NCBI RefSeq assembly: GCF_009914755.1
Contig: NC_060927.1
DNA length: 64,000 nt
Origin: the human T2T-CHM13v2.0 reference genome, Homo sapiens
Direction: 5' to 3' (one strand)
Below the pieces are notes generated by a model. The model was not told the origin of the DNA and did not search any database. It was given only the letters and a program-made list of their open reading frames with translations. Shown here in pieces: positions 1 through 14,264 of the stretch. Position 1 is the first letter of the stretch, and every line of letters starts with the position of its first letter. The position numbers and the translations under genes are program-made.

Positions 1-550
1 GCTATTTGATATCCATTTGGATGTTTAGTAAGTATCCCAAACTTAACATGTTCAAACCTGAGCTCCTGGTATTCCTCTCATTCCTCTCACACTTTTCTAC
101 ATCTATTAATGACAATTCCATTCTTCCAGTTTCTCAGGTCAAAAACACTGGAATCACCCTTGACCCCCATATTTCTTTCATACCCTAAATCCAATTTGTT
201 AACAAATCCTGCTGGCACAACCTTTACAATACACTCAGATTCTGACATTGCTCACCATCTGTACTATTACCACACAGTTCAACCAAGCCTCTATCCATTT
301 TTCACGCACACTAATACACTAACCTCTTCACTGCTCTCCCTGCTTCCAGCCTTGGTTCCCTTTAGGATACACCCAGGAGGTAGGGTGATTCTGTTACATG
401 AAAGTTAGATTACATCACTTCCATTCTCAAAATCCTTCCATCTCACGCCAAGTAAAAGTCTAGGTCTTTACCATGTCCTGAAAGAACCAACATGATGTGG
501 CTCTACTTTATCTCTCTGATCTTACCTCCTATGAATCTTCTTGGCATTCT
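1..550. mobile_element. L2 LINE fragment (continues ~1200-1440)
   Basis: L2-like tracts aaacttaacatgttcaaacctgagctc and tgaaggcagggactttttgtctgttttattcacc. Confidence 0.65.
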
Positions 551-764
551 AGAAAGTCAAGACCTATAAAGAATCTGAGATTTTATTCTACTTGTAAGCT
601 AATAAAGTTAGGTTGCCAGTTTCGATGCTGATAGAAGACATGAAACTCCTGGCTCAGGGACAAAGGATAATTTATTATTCACAACAGTCATAGAATATCA
701 GTATTTTGTGCTGGTTTCCTGAACCCTAATTCCCACAGGATGATGAAAAGAAGCCTTCCCTTCT

Positions 765-1188
765 TTATTAGTTTGCTCAGGCTGCCATAATGAAATACCA
801 CAGACTCAGTGGCTTAAACAGCAGAAATTTATTTTCTCACAGTTCTGGAGACTGAAACTCTAAGTTCAAGGTGCCAGCAGGGCAGATGTCTAGTGAGGTC
901 TCTTCCTTTGGGTTGCAGATGGCTGCCTTCTTGCTGTGTGCTCACATGGCCTTTCCTTTGTGTACACATAGGGAGGGGGAGAGAGAGAGAGAGCATGTAC
1001 TCTGGTATCTCTTTTTAAAAGGACACTAATTCTATCAGATTAGAGCCATACCCTTATGATCTCATTTAATCTTAATTATTTCCTTAAAGGCTCCCTCTTC
1101 AAATAGATCCATAGTGGGGGTTGGGCCTTTAACATATGATTTTTTTTACAAGAGGTTGGCAGGGGATGCAAACATTCAGTCTATAACA
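765..1188 (-). mobile_element. MaLR solo LTR (MLT1-type)
   Basis: ggctgccataatgaaataccacagact...cacagttctggagactg...aaacattcagtctataaca. Confidence 0.8.
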
Positions 1189-2809
1189 CTATTTAAAATT
1201 TATCTACCTTTTTTCAAGAATTCCTATCTTCTTTTCTGCTCTTTTTCCTTAGTACTCATTACTATCTAATATCCCATATGATTACTTATTTATCAGACAT
1301 ATTATCTATCTCTACCCTAGAAAGTAAGTTTTATGAAGGCAGGGACTTTTGTCTGTTTTATTCACCACTATATTGACTATGACTAAAATAGAGCCTAGAG
1401 CACATAGAATGTACTTGATACTGTATGTATTGATTGAATGAAGGTTGTAGTCGGCAAGGCTGGTGATTTGGGAAAGCTGGAGTAAAGTACACTCCTAGCC
1501 AGTGAGTTCTTCTTTAAGAGGAAAGTCCTAATTAATTAAGATCTTATTATTGAAGCCCATAAGTTTAAGCATACTTTGTAAGTGTATTTCTGAAGTAGTA
1601 GCTGCTTATAATTTAGATTTACTTGAGTTTTTTCCAGTTGGAAAAGATTAAAGAAAGAATTCTAAACGATTAATAATACATTGTTTGGAAAACTTAAACC
1701 CTGTATAAACCTAATGAACAGAATATAATCAAAGCATTTATGACTAAAAATTAAGAAACAAAGCAGCTGTTTTGGCAAGGGCAGCTTATTGAGAAATTCA
1801 TTTTGATGCTGAAGATTGTATGCAATGAGTATAAGTAAAATGGCTTTCAAAATGTGGATTTCTTGTCTTTTTAACCTACTGTCAGCCATCTCTAAATCAA
1901 GGATGAAAAGATATACTTAGAAAAGTCTTTCTATGGCAGGTAGTTAGGAAAATGTGGTTTTACTGAACAGCAGGATCAATCCTAGGTTAATTTTAATTAA
2001 ATCATTCTTCAGAGCTGTTGGCATTTTTCCTTCATGGGAGATTGGGAGAGATGTTCTTTTATCCCTTAACCCTTAAACTGCAGCACCTAAACCTCTACTC
2101 CCCTAGCCTCTGCCGTTACCCTTATATACATTTATAGATTTCTTAGTTTTGAAGTGGATTTAAAAACACAACTAAGATATTAGATCATCCCAATATACTC
2201 TTTTCAATTTGATAAATTTTAAGGACTTTGTAAGTACTTTCTAAATGAATATACTTTTATCTGTCACCCTTCCCTTTTCAAGTCTCTGTCACATGTACAC
2301 CCTTGAGACATTATCAGTCTAAGCTAACATACTTTCTCTGCATGATGTAAAAGGACAAAGGAAAGAAAGGGCTAATAGGGTACTGCTTAGGGAAGATTCT
2401 GGAAATATCCAAAGATCAATAGAGCCCAAACTACCTCCTAAGCTTTATAGTATATTGTCCTCCAAGACTGGTGAAAATCACCTATAGGCGATAATCTGGC
2501 ATACATTGTCAACCTTGGAGAATCCAGGTGAGTAAAACCCCTTTCTGTGTAAAGATGCAAAAGCCTACCTAAGAGCTGAAGGTAATTGTTTTGTCTTTTT
2601 CATACAATTAAAATTGCCACCGTGAATTCCAGATATTGAAATTTCTTCTTGTTTGATTTTGAAGAAAAATCAAGCATTTTCTAGCAAATTAGTCTATGAA
2701 ATAAGAAAATCAAATAAGATTGTGTGATTATTTTTCAGTTGAAGTTATTTCAATAAATAAAATATGTACATTTTTAAAATTTTCTTTTTTATAAAAGGAC
2801 TTTAAGGGG

Positions 2810-3010
2810 GACTATATAGTATAATGAAAGAATCGTGGGGTAGGAATCAGAAAAATCTGAGTTCTAATCTAGGCTGTGACCTAACTTGCTGTGTGACCTG
2901 GCCCAACTTTCATAATCTTTCTGGGTCTGTTTTTTCTTCTTTTTTAATATAATGAGAGGGTTTGACCAGTTGACGTCTTAAGTTCCTTTTAGACCTAACA
3001 TTCTATGATT
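2810..3010. mobile_element. MIR/MIR3 SINE
   Basis: ctgagttctaatctaggctgtgacctaacttgctgtgtgacctgg core. Confidence 0.65.
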
Positions 3011-3172
3011 CCAACTTATTATAACAGATGAGCTCACAAATCTACAAATTCATATACATTAGGGCAATATTATGACTCTATAGGTATAAATTATCACAAT
3101 GTAAAACTTTAATTCCCTATAGATGCTTTAGAATGAATTTGACATGTCAGTGATGTCCAATTGTTTTTATAG

Positions 3173-3533
3173 GTACATTCCTCTCATTGAAAGGAGCTGT
3201 GCTAACATTCTCCTGTATGGACCGAATGGGTGGATTAATGCAACCGCCATATGAAGTTTGGAGGGATCCAAACAACATAGATGAAAATGAAAAATCTTGG
3301 AGAAGGAAAGTGGTAATGAACTCATCTTCTGCATCCCAAGAAATAGGAGATCATCAGTATACAATAATCTGCTCAGAAAAACAAGCCAAAGTCTTCTCAC
3401 TGCCTTCTCAGACTTGCCTTTATGTTCATAACATCACGGAGACATCTTTTATACTGCAAGCAAATGTGGTGGTCATGTGTAGCAGTGCCTGCTTGGCATG
3501 CTTTTGTGCTAACGGACATATCATGATAATGAG
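3173..3533 (+). CDS. STXBP5L: STXBP5L (tomosyn-2) internal coding exon, C-terminal WD40/Lgl-like region (GTFLSLKGAVL...CANGHIMIM)
   Basis: Acceptor tttttatag at 3171-3172, donor AG|gtactt at 3534; open frame matches the 135-aa ORF; tomosyn/Lgl-family motif SEKQAKVFSLPSQ; split codon AG completed by the next exon. Confidence 0.96.
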
Positions 3534-5458
3534 GTACTTGCCTTCTTATAAATTATCTGGTAATCACAACAATACCAGCAAGGTACAATCCTAAAAAATA
3601 TATGTGTTATGTGCAGATGTTATCAAGAAGCAAACTGAGATTATTGTTTCATTATGTTTCTGGATGTTTTATTGTTCAACGATTTGATGAGAGTTTGGGG
3701 GTTTTGTGTTTTGTTTTGGTTTTTCTTTTCTGCTAAAAATGCTTGGCATTGTGAGTGAAATATATTTTTAATTGTTTTGAAGGAATCTAAGAAAAGAATG
3801 ATTTTTCAATCATTCAACAAATATTTATTGAGCATATCTCCCAGATGCTACACTAAGCACTGGAAATAAAAGATGAATAAGCTAAATAGAAAAGAAGTTA
3901 ACTTTTACTTTTCCTGTGTTTGATACTTCACCCAAGAAATTTACATACAGAGTTTCATTTGATCCTTAGAACTTCTCTAGGACATAGGAAAATAAACTAT
4001 TATTTGCATCCTCCATTTTACATGTGTTAATAAAGTTACACAGTTTGCCTGAGGTTGCAAGTCTAGGAAAAGTGAGGCCAGTCTGATAATTAAAAGTTAT
4101 CAGATACTTATAAAATAAAATATTGGTCAAGAGATTTCATTCTACTGTTAGTGAAATGAAATAAAATTTACGAGACACAAAAATAATTACCTAATGATTT
4201 TATGAATTCAGCAAATAGCTCATAAACGTATACTATATAGAAGTCACTGTCATTTTTTTAATATCTCACTTATTTCCAAAAATCATTGAGATGAGCACTG
4301 TGCTAGGCCTGTGAAGGATATAAAAATTAGTAGAACATGGTCCTAACCCTTAAGAAACTCACTGTCTAACTTGGGAGATAAGATAGATACACAGACATTA
4401 TAACAAAAAGAAAATATAAATTCCAACAGAGGAAATATGGGATTGAATTTTCTAGCCACAAACTAAGTTCCCAGAGTTCAAAGTCACAGCATAGTTGAAC
4501 ATGTATTATAAATGAAGAGTTGTTGGGAGGACAGTAACATGGAGAGGTAGTTTGAAGCAAATTGTTGACGACCTTGAATGTCAGGCTGAGTTTGACATTT
4601 ATCAATTAATAGGAAATGGGGTTTTAAGCAGGTAATTAACCTTCTCTAGCCATGTGTTAGGACATACACAGGGAGGGAGAAGTTGAGATAGGCTTTTGAA
4701 CTGAAGTGGTGTCTGTATTGAAGGCAACGAGGAAACAGGTGTAAGGGAAACTTATTGAATGCAAAGCTGATTGGTTATGAACAGTAATGGAAGTTGTTAA
4801 ATCCCGAGGTTAGAAGAGAGTTTAAAGGTTAAAAATTTTTTTGAACTTAGATAACGGTTATGTTATTAGCATATAGGAAAGTCAGAAGGATTTGAAAAAG
4901 CCAATAAAGAGAAATTTAATAATAAATTGAGAATAAATATTTGAAATTTTAGGTGTTATAAGCCATCCAGCAGAGGTTTAGCAATAAATTTAAGATTTGC
5001 ACTCTTAGAAAAATATATGTGGAAGGTCCAGCTTTGGAAGTCATCTATGTAAATGCATCAGTAAAAGTTATGTCAGGAAATGAGATAATAAAAAAGATAG
5101 CATAAAAAGAAACAAGAAATTGACTGAGCTGAGGATAGAAACTTGGGGGTATTCTACGTTTATGTAGTGAAAGAAAGAAGAAGATGCAGCAAAGGAGATT
5201 GAGAAGTTATTAGAAAGATAGGAAAGGACCAGAATTGTATAACTTCATTAAATAAAAAGAGAAGAATATTAAAACAAAAGAGGTTGTCAAGAGGTAGTAA
5301 AATATAGCAGAGAGGTCAAAGAATTTGGGTACAAGAAAAAAACAGTAGATCTCACAACTGGTGGGATATTAATGATCTTTGAGAAAGCAAATCTTAGCAG
5401 CATGGTGGAAACAAAAGCTAATTTTCAAGGAGACAAGAATAGAGGCAGTGGTATAGAT

Positions 5459-5793
5459 CAGGGTTTAGCAAATTAATATCCAAAACAAAATCGACCTCCA
5501 TTCCCCTATCTGATTTTGTACAGCCTGCAAGCATTAAGAATGGTTTTTACATATTTAATGGTTGAAAAAACTCAAAGAGAAGAATATTTCATGATATGTG
5601 AAAATTATACTAATTTTAAATGTCAATGCCCATAAATAAAGGTTTTGGAACACAGCCACACCCATGTTTCTGTATATTGACTATGGCTGCTTTTGCACTA
5701 CAGGGCAGAGTTGAATAGTTGCAACAGAGACTATATAGCCTAGAGAGCCTAAAATATTTACTATCATAAATATTTATGGGCCCTTTTCCCCTG
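5459..5793. mobile_element. MER58B-like hAT (Charlie-group) element inserted in an L2
   Basis: CAGGG...CCCCTG termini with 8-bp TSD gtatagat (5451-5458) / gtattgat (5794-5801); internal ggaacacagccacacccat motif. Confidence 0.8.
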
Positions 5794-7059
5794 GTATTGA
5801 TTATTCTTTCAGGAAATTTTGTGGTTAAAAGAGAGATGAGACAGGAAAGTCGCTTAAGAGTGAAACTAGGTTTTGAGAGTGTTTTTTTTTTTAGATAGGG
5901 AAAATATGAGCAGATTTGTAGGTCAAGGGAAAGTAGTAAAGGAGAAAATTTTGAATAAAAATAATCATTTTATGGTCTGTTCATTCTCTCATGTATTTCT
6001 GATTCTTTTCTATCTAGTTCCCCCTTTCTCAAACTGTTTTTAGAAATTTCTGATAAGGTCATTTCAATCTTGTTTGAAAATGATTTAACTCCCATACATG
6101 CCTCAGATTTGGGGGGGAAAAAAGGTCTATTTGTGTATGTGTGTAAATGTGTGTATCTCTCACACACATACATTGAGTCATTGATAAATGGTATCTGTCT
6201 TCCTCTGTCCTTTATAAAAGCTGCTTGACATGATAATGGTTACTTTGATATTGTGTCATAGTAGAAATTCTTCATGTGTTCCTGAGGATCCTCAAAAATA
6301 ACTGAAAAGGAAATAATTTTGATATGATTTTAATAATACATATACATAAAGTGTAGCTAGGAAACAATGGTATGTACTCTGCTCTATGGTTTAAAGAAAT
6401 GAATCCTACAAATTAGCATGCACCTGGCCTCATTCATTTTCCCATACTGAGTATATTCCCAGGATCTTTCCAGACCCTATCAGAAGGTAACTCTCCTGAG
6501 CCCAGTCTTCTCAAGTCCTGGGTTTCTGATAGATATCAGGTAGCTAGCCAGTGGTTACTTAGATCCTAAGTACCCAGACTCAGAAAAGCAAGTTTGAGAG
6601 TAGAGAGGAGAAATAGAAGAGGCTTATCTTTGTATGAATTCTCAAACTTGGCTGTAAGAGACACTTTTTGTGAGATCCACCTTTAGTTACCCGACACTAT
6701 TTCTTTATTAAAGTGTCCTGCATAGAAGAAAGTCTTTTTTTCTTCTGTTATAAGAGCAATTGTTTCCTAGCAGTTAGCAACTGACTTGCTCTTTCTCTTT
6801 TCCTACCTGAAGTGACTACACCTCTTTAATTTTCTTTTCTTGGCTTACTTGTTATTATACAATATAGACAATGTAGCACATCAGAAAAGTCAGTTGGAAC
6901 CTCTTCCTCAACTCCACCCTTTAATTTGACTGAATCTGTCATGGAAATCTGTTTAACTGGGATTGGTTTGGACTCATATCTTAAGGAGCTTAGTTACCAG
7001 AAGTGCTATAACAGATCATCTTTTAATATCTTTTTAAGATATTAGGTAATTCTTTCATC

Positions 7060-7180
7060 AATGAAGCTTTTGAATCCAGTGTGTAATTTACGTTTACAGC
7101 ACATCTCAATTCAGACGAGCCACGTATCAACTGCTCAATAGCTACATGTGGTTACTGGCTACCATATTGGACAGCACAGT
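7060..7180. mobile_element. MER3/MER33-like hAT fragment
   Basis: agctacatgtggttactggctaccatattggacagcacag terminus. Confidence 0.7.
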
Positions 7181-8012
7181 GCTTAGTCCAATAGCACAGA
7201 TTTCAGGTCCCATTTTACATAGTAAATTTCCAGGTCTCAAAGTATAGTTACAAACCACTTTGATAAAGGAAATCAGTATTTTTTTCAAGGTGCTGGTTTT
7301 ATGATCTAGGACAATGTAAAATCATTGTGCACACTTAGAATCAGTATAATGGTTTCAAAATTTAATTACAAGTTTACCTTTTCCCTTTTGGCATTAAAGG
7401 ACTGATTAAAAGGCAATGAGACTGGTTTTCTTCAGTGGTTTGTAAAACTGGCTCGAAAAACAGTATCCAAAAGGACATTCTGATGAATATTTTAGCAAAA
7501 TTATCTGCTACATTAGGATAAGCATATAGCCATGGGGTAAGACAATTCAGATGGTATTCATTTGGATGTGCAAATTCTGATCTATTATTTATAACTTATT
7601 CTCATTCCCTTACAGTCTTGGCCATATTTACTTATTAGTCATGCCTCCAGTGCAGTTGCCCTAAGTTATGGGTAATTTTCATTTCCTGTGTATAGAGTGA
7701 GTAAAGGAATGGGGAGCAAAACCACTTCATTTCCAGGCACAGTGAACTGGACCCACAACACATCTCTGTCAGTTTTGCCTTAAAGAAAGACAATAGACCA
7801 AGTATGCAGTCAGACACTTTCTAGCTGTGGTGTTTCTGACATAGCCAAAGGCTGTCATTGTAGGAACATGTGAAGTGCTACAAAAAGTGCCCCTGAAATT
7901 GCTGGCCACTGCATTTAATCCATCAAGAACATTTGCTAAGCATCTATGTGAATTAAAAGAACTGTGCCTGTGATTTTTATTTATATGATTTTATATGAAA
8001 GTCTAGTTTATT

Positions 8013-8704
8013 GGATCTTAAGACCCATGTCCAGGAACAGGAGTCAGCATAAGGATGCTGACCTCTCCTGGCTGTGCCTGTGACTCCAGAGTCCTGTCTT
8101 ACTGTGACTTAAAGTTTGATGGAGAGAAAACTGTAGGATCCATTTCTGCCAGGAAACCAGGGTCTTCCTGTTTCTAACACTGAGAATGGGCACCCAGTGG
8201 TCTGAGAACACTTTCTGGGCTAACATGGTCCTCACACAGGGCTGAGAAAGAAAGTGTTCCCCCTCCTGGGAAGCACATGTAGAAGTTAAGAGCCTGAATC
8301 TCTTCTAAACCAATAATTGACCTCTAGGCACCCACCATACTACTGCTACCTTCAGGGCAGAAGACACTACTCTTTGTAACCCAGCCACCACCAAAAAGGG
8401 AACAAAAGGAAGGAAGGAAGGTTAAGCCATTGGATAATACTGAATCTGTTTCCCTAGTGACTTAATCTTAGAGCAAGCATAACATCCAGGTTAATTTTTG
8501 TAAGATTTCTCCTTTTATTATCACCCTCATCATAGTTCCCAATTATCTCTTAAAGTTTAAGTGGTTTATTGACATTAGTATTTCTGATAATAGTTTACAA
8601 ACTACTATAAACAAATTTGTAAACATTACTATTTCTGATGAAAATAAAGTTGTTTCTCCCTCCAAAAAAAAAAAAAAAAAAAAAACAAAAGAAAAAGAAA
8701 AAAA
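8013..8704 (+). pseudogene. L1-mobilised retrocopy of an unidentified mRNA 3' end (or orphan 3' transduction)
   Basis: Exact 16-bp TSD GAAAGTCTAGTTTATT at 7997-8012 and 8705-8720; AATAAA 8643-8648; A-tail 8664-8704; body not recognisable as a TE. Confidence 0.85.
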
Positions 8705-8754
8705 GAAAGTCTAGTTTATTACCACTGAGCCTTGAAGATAAGAAGAAACAACCA

Positions 8755-8990
8755 GGCCGAGTATGGTGGCTCAAGCCTGGCCAACATGGCAAAACCCTGT
8801 CTCTACTAAAAATACAAAAATTAGCCAGGTGTGGTGGCTCACACCTGTAGTTCCAGCTACTCAGGAGGCTGAGGCGTGAGAATCACTTGAACCTGGAAGG
8901 CAAGATTGCAGTGAGCTAACTCCACTGCACTCCAGCTTGGGTGACAGAGCAAGACTCTGTCTCAAAAAAATATAAAAATAAAAAAATAAA
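8755..8990 (+). mobile_element. Alu (S-type) with internal left-arm deletion
   Basis: TSD AAGAAACAACCA 8743-8754 / 8991-9002; A-rich tail. Confidence 0.93.
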
Positions 8991-9093
8991 AAGAAACAAC
9001 CATAAAATAATAGAATAAAAATTACTGTTTTTATGTAAATATCTGCTTCTAACAACCTGCATATGATATATGGATTTACTTTTTTCCATTCAG

Positions 9094-9259
9094 CCTACCT
9101 AGTCTTCGCCCAATGTTGGATGTTAATTATTTGCCACTGACAGACATGAGGATAGCACGAACATTTTGTTTTACCAATGAAGGACAGGCATTATACCTCG
9201 TCTCTCCTACTGAAATTCAGCGGTTAACATACAGCCAAGAAATGTGTGATAATCTACAG
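9094..9259 (+). CDS. STXBP5L: STXBP5L coding exon (SLPSLRPMLDVNYLPLTDMRIARTFCFTNEGQALYLVSPTEIQRLTYSQEMCDNLQ)
   Basis: Acceptor ttccattcag, donor CAG|gtaggt; 166 nt, phase fits both neighbours; translated by hand (not in ORF track). Confidence 0.96.
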
Positions 9260-11791
9260 GTAGGTCAGGAGTTACATTTATGAAAAAGACATTGGACATG
9301 GTTGAGAGAATGAGAAAGATGTCTAAAAACAAAAATATTATTAGGTCAGACAATAAATATGCCCTTCCAATAACATGTTTTGAATATATATTCTTCATTT
9401 TGAGCCTACCAACTTCTAGTATGGTTCTAGGTATTGCACAGAAATAATAAGGAAGAGGGAGACAATGGAAAGATCATTCATATTAATAGCTAATCTTTTT
9501 GTTTATTTTATTGTTTTTGCCTATGGAGAATCTTATAAAAGATTATAAACTCTCCCCTCAGGGTGGAAAATATGTATGTAAACACAAAAATTTCTATACC
9601 ATTCAAGGAGTTCAAGAACTCTTGAAGAAACCTTGTGATTAAGGGACACACAAAATAAACATATATCCTGTGGGTTAGAATTGAGCATTTGTCTTTTATT
9701 GTAGCAGTAAGCATAGCCTAGAAACAGGATAGATATAAATGTCTAACCTTCTGTAAGAATGGTCACAACATTTTTTAAAAGCATCTTGGACATTTAACTA
9801 TTTAACCCCCCTCATTTTACAAATAAGAAAACTAAAACATATTTATTATAATACAGGGGTTAAGAGCATAAGCTCTGAACTATTCGAGTTGTATTTTGGC
9901 TCCTCCATTTCTGTGACTTTGGGCATTTTACTTAACCTATCTGTACACTCTACTTTGGAGCATTGTTGTCAGAATTTAGTAAGAATTCATATAAGAGACT
10001 GAGCTCAGTGCCTGGAATATAGTATGTTTTTTTAAATAAATAATAATAAATATTACTATCATCACCATTGTCATTCTACAGATAATTATTGAGTTTTTTC
10101 TATATGCCTAATACTTGGCTAGACTCTAGGAACATGCTAATAAATAAGATACAAGTCCCTGCCTGCTAGTGTGGAGAGACAGAAGTAAACACAATCACAC
10201 TACTCTGTGGAAAGTGCTATATATGGCTGTGCCAGTACTGGGGAGACATATAAGAAGGACACCTGGGTTGATGGAGCAGAAGGGAGGTGGTTTAACCCGT
10301 TGACTCTCTAACATGCTTTTTAAAAATTTTGTGACCACCCTCACTTAAGGTTAAACTTTTACAGCTATCCTGTTTCTAGTCTATGCCTACTGCTACAATC
10401 AGAGACAAATGCCCAATTCTAACCCACTGGATATATATTTATTTTGTGTGTCCCTTAATCAAAAGAAGTTAGAGAAGGATTATGGGCACAACTGACTTCC
10501 AAATGGTAAACAGGAGTTATCCAGTTGACTGAATGGTTGGGCATGAAAAAGGTAAGATACTTTAGACAGAAGTAGTGGCATGCAAAAGCCTCACGGCTAA
10601 GGAAACTGCCAAGAAAGTGCAGAATTGGGAGTGGAAGTGTTGTGCTGGAGAATTAGTCGAGTAGATCTTGCAGCCCCTTGTAAGCTACCTAAGGAATCTA
10701 TTATAGCATTTATCCCAAGGGCAGTGGTCATTAAAAAGTTTTAGCAGATTTGTTTATTAAAATAAATATTCTGGTTATAGTATGGCAGTTGGTTTTCAGG
10801 AAGCATAAGGATGGAGAAAAGTTAGCAGATTCAATAGCCATAAAGTGTAATCAACTGGATTTAGGGTTATTAGATAATAGGAGTGGAAAGGAAGGAATTA
10901 GTCATTTCTCGGTTTCTGGCTTGGGGAACCAAATAGATGATGTTGCCATTTCCAAAGAGAAGGGCTTCAGGAGGAAGAGCACAGGTCTCAGTAGAGGTAA
11001 AGGGAGATGATGCAATTAAAATCATACTGGAAGTTCATAGGAAACCAATATTAGGTCACAGATCTCCTGACTCAGTCTAAGTTCCTTTCTCCACACTGAT
11101 GGTTCTTCAACTTTGGTCTGCTTTAGAAAAAGCTGGGGAGCAAGGTCTGGTAAAAATGTAGATAACGAGAGTACATCTATGTAGAGTCTGATTTCATATA
11201 TGTGGAATGCAGCCTGGATATCTGCATTTCTAACAAGCATTTCTCTAGTCATTGTAAAGCTCACCAAATATTGAAAACAAATGTACTTCACCCTATACAG
11301 TAGCTGCCTATTTTGACTCGTTTAAATTATCTTTAATCATTTTATAGTTTTGTACTCCTACAAAAATAGATCCAACCTTCCACATACCACCAAAGCTGTC
11401 CTATTTCATAGGGCAGTCTATGCTTGGTTCAGGGAAGGGTACCAGGATAAAAAAGAAGCTATAGTGACTGAAAAAGGATCAGAAGTCTAGTGGTAATTAT
11501 TGAGCACAGATGGAAATTAATCCTAGGGTAGCTATATTAGCTTCCCATGCTTTGATGGAAGGAAGAAGAGAAGAGGATAAAGGAAAATTTTAGAATGTTT
11601 GTTACTATAGAAGGGGAGGAACAAAAGAAATGCCAGAGGGAGAACTGTGAGCACAGCAAAAATCACCATGAAAATATATGAAAAGCAGACTGTTTTTTCA
11701 TGATGTGTCCTACTATATCACAGTGTTACCTTTTTGTATATTAATTGATTTTTTAGTTGTTCTAATGCTTTTTTCTGTGAATTTGATGCAG

Positions 11792-11903
11792 GACATGCTA
11801 GGAGATTTGTTTACTCCCATAGAGACACCAGAAGCTCAAAACAGAGGCTTTCTCAAGGGACTGTTTGGTGGAAGCGGACAAACATTTGACAGAGAAGAGC
11901 TCT
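11792..11903 (+). CDS. STXBP5L: STXBP5L coding exon (DMLGDLFTPIETPEAQNRGFLKGLFGGSGQTFDREEL), tail domain
   Basis: Acceptor gatgcag, donor T|gtgagt; 112 nt; tomosyn GLFGG/DREELFG motif across the junction. Confidence 0.96.
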
Positions 11904-12360
11904 GTGAGTAAATTCCTGATTATAGAAATGTATTGCAAAATAGAAGACGTTTCTGTGTATGTGTATTTGTGTGTGTAACTTAATGTAATATGTGATCTCA
12001 AATTCTAGACTACGTATTTTTTGCATCTATCTTAAAGTTTGAATATTTGTTTCCTTCTGTACCATAAAAATCATTTCCGTTTACCAAACATGGAAAGTGG
12101 TCACTTCATAATAGGAAATTGTTTAACAAAAGTGATACATATAATTCATACAAATAATGAGCAAGCTAATAAATATCTCATTTGCAAGTAGATCATACCT
12201 GCATGGCAATGTGAAGGTATTCAAAAAAGTCTGGAAAAAAGATTTTTGAATCTGCTTGACTTTAATCACTGCTGGAAAACAGATTCCTTATTCAGAATGT
12301 AAGATTTATAAATCCTACAGAATAAATTACTTTAAAAATCTACCAGTGAGACTTTGATAA

Positions 12361-12732
<372 letters not shown>

Positions 12733-12884
12733 TCACTGGTAGATTTTTAAATAATAGGAAGATACTAGGGAAAATTTTCAGAGAGAAGGTATGAATATAT
12801 TTTCCAGAATATCCTACCATCATTTGGTCCTATAGATCAAAATTCTCTTTCTCTGGAACTTTTATGCAAAAACATCTAGGTTCC

Positions 12885-13280
12885 TTCATACAATAGAATA
12901 TTATTTGGCCATGAAAAGGAATGACGTACTGATACATGGTACAACATGGATAAACCTTGAAAACATCTTGCTAAGTGAAAGAAGCCAGACAAAAAAAAGG
13001 CCACATATTGTATGATTCCATTTATATAAAAGGTCTAGAATGGGCAAATTCAGAAAGACTGAAAGTAGATTAATGATTGCCAGGGGCTGAGGCACAGAAG
13101 GAACAGGGAGAGACTGCCAATGAGCATGGAGTTTCTTTTTGGAGTTATGTGTATGTTCTGCAATCAGATAGTGGTGATGGTCGTACAACTTTGTGAATAC
13201 ACTAAAAACAAGTGAATTTTGCACTTTAAATGGATAAATGTTATGTGAATTATATCTCAATAAGGCTATTATTTTAAAAA
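12885..13280 (+). mobile_element. Old L1 (L1MB-type) 3' end
   Basis: acaacatggataaaccttgaaaacatcttgctaagtgaaagaagccagac...gaattatatctcaataa. Confidence 0.8.
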
Positions 13281-13354
13281 AATTAGATTCCATCCACTCT
13301 TATTTTAAAAAAAATCTAGAATCCATTCCAATATTACATCCTTGGGAATTCTAA

Positions 13355-13723
<369 letters not shown>

Positions 13724-14264
13724 TAAATGTTATGTTTGTTTTATAAATCAATTTTTTAACACACATAACCATCATTCATATATTCATATACCCCATTTTT
13801 CAGTATTTACAGAGAGAGAGAGAGACAGAAAGAGAGAGAAAGAGAACCTGTGGCCTACAAAGGCTTATACATGAAGGTGAACCAAGAAGGCTGAAATAAA
13901 AACTCAGGCAGAAATTTAAGCAAATGATCAGGCCTAAGCTTGGAACAAACATTAATATGGGTTAAATATGAAGTCACATATTTGAATATTCCAATTCAGC
14001 ATCAAGAAATGCAATTATGCCATATTGTATGGAACACACACACATACAAAAGGCCTATGATAACAATATATCTCACAGTCTCTTTCTTAGCATTTTTCTT
14101 AAGTGCTAACATCTCCAAATACATATATGACTGGACCAAATAAGACTCTCTTTTAATGAGAATTATGACAGTAGAATGTAATACTAGTACTTTGTCTTGG
14201 TGACAAGCTTGACTGTTTGAATTACTGACAAAATGTTTTAAATTGCTATTGCATATATTCTCAG

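Noticed and set aside
562-755. LTR-like fragment next to the MLT1
   Set aside because: Family and boundaries could not be supported by eye.
8595-8850. Poly-Lys / poly-Phe ORFs
   Set aside because: Translation of the retrocopy A-tail and adjacent Alu.
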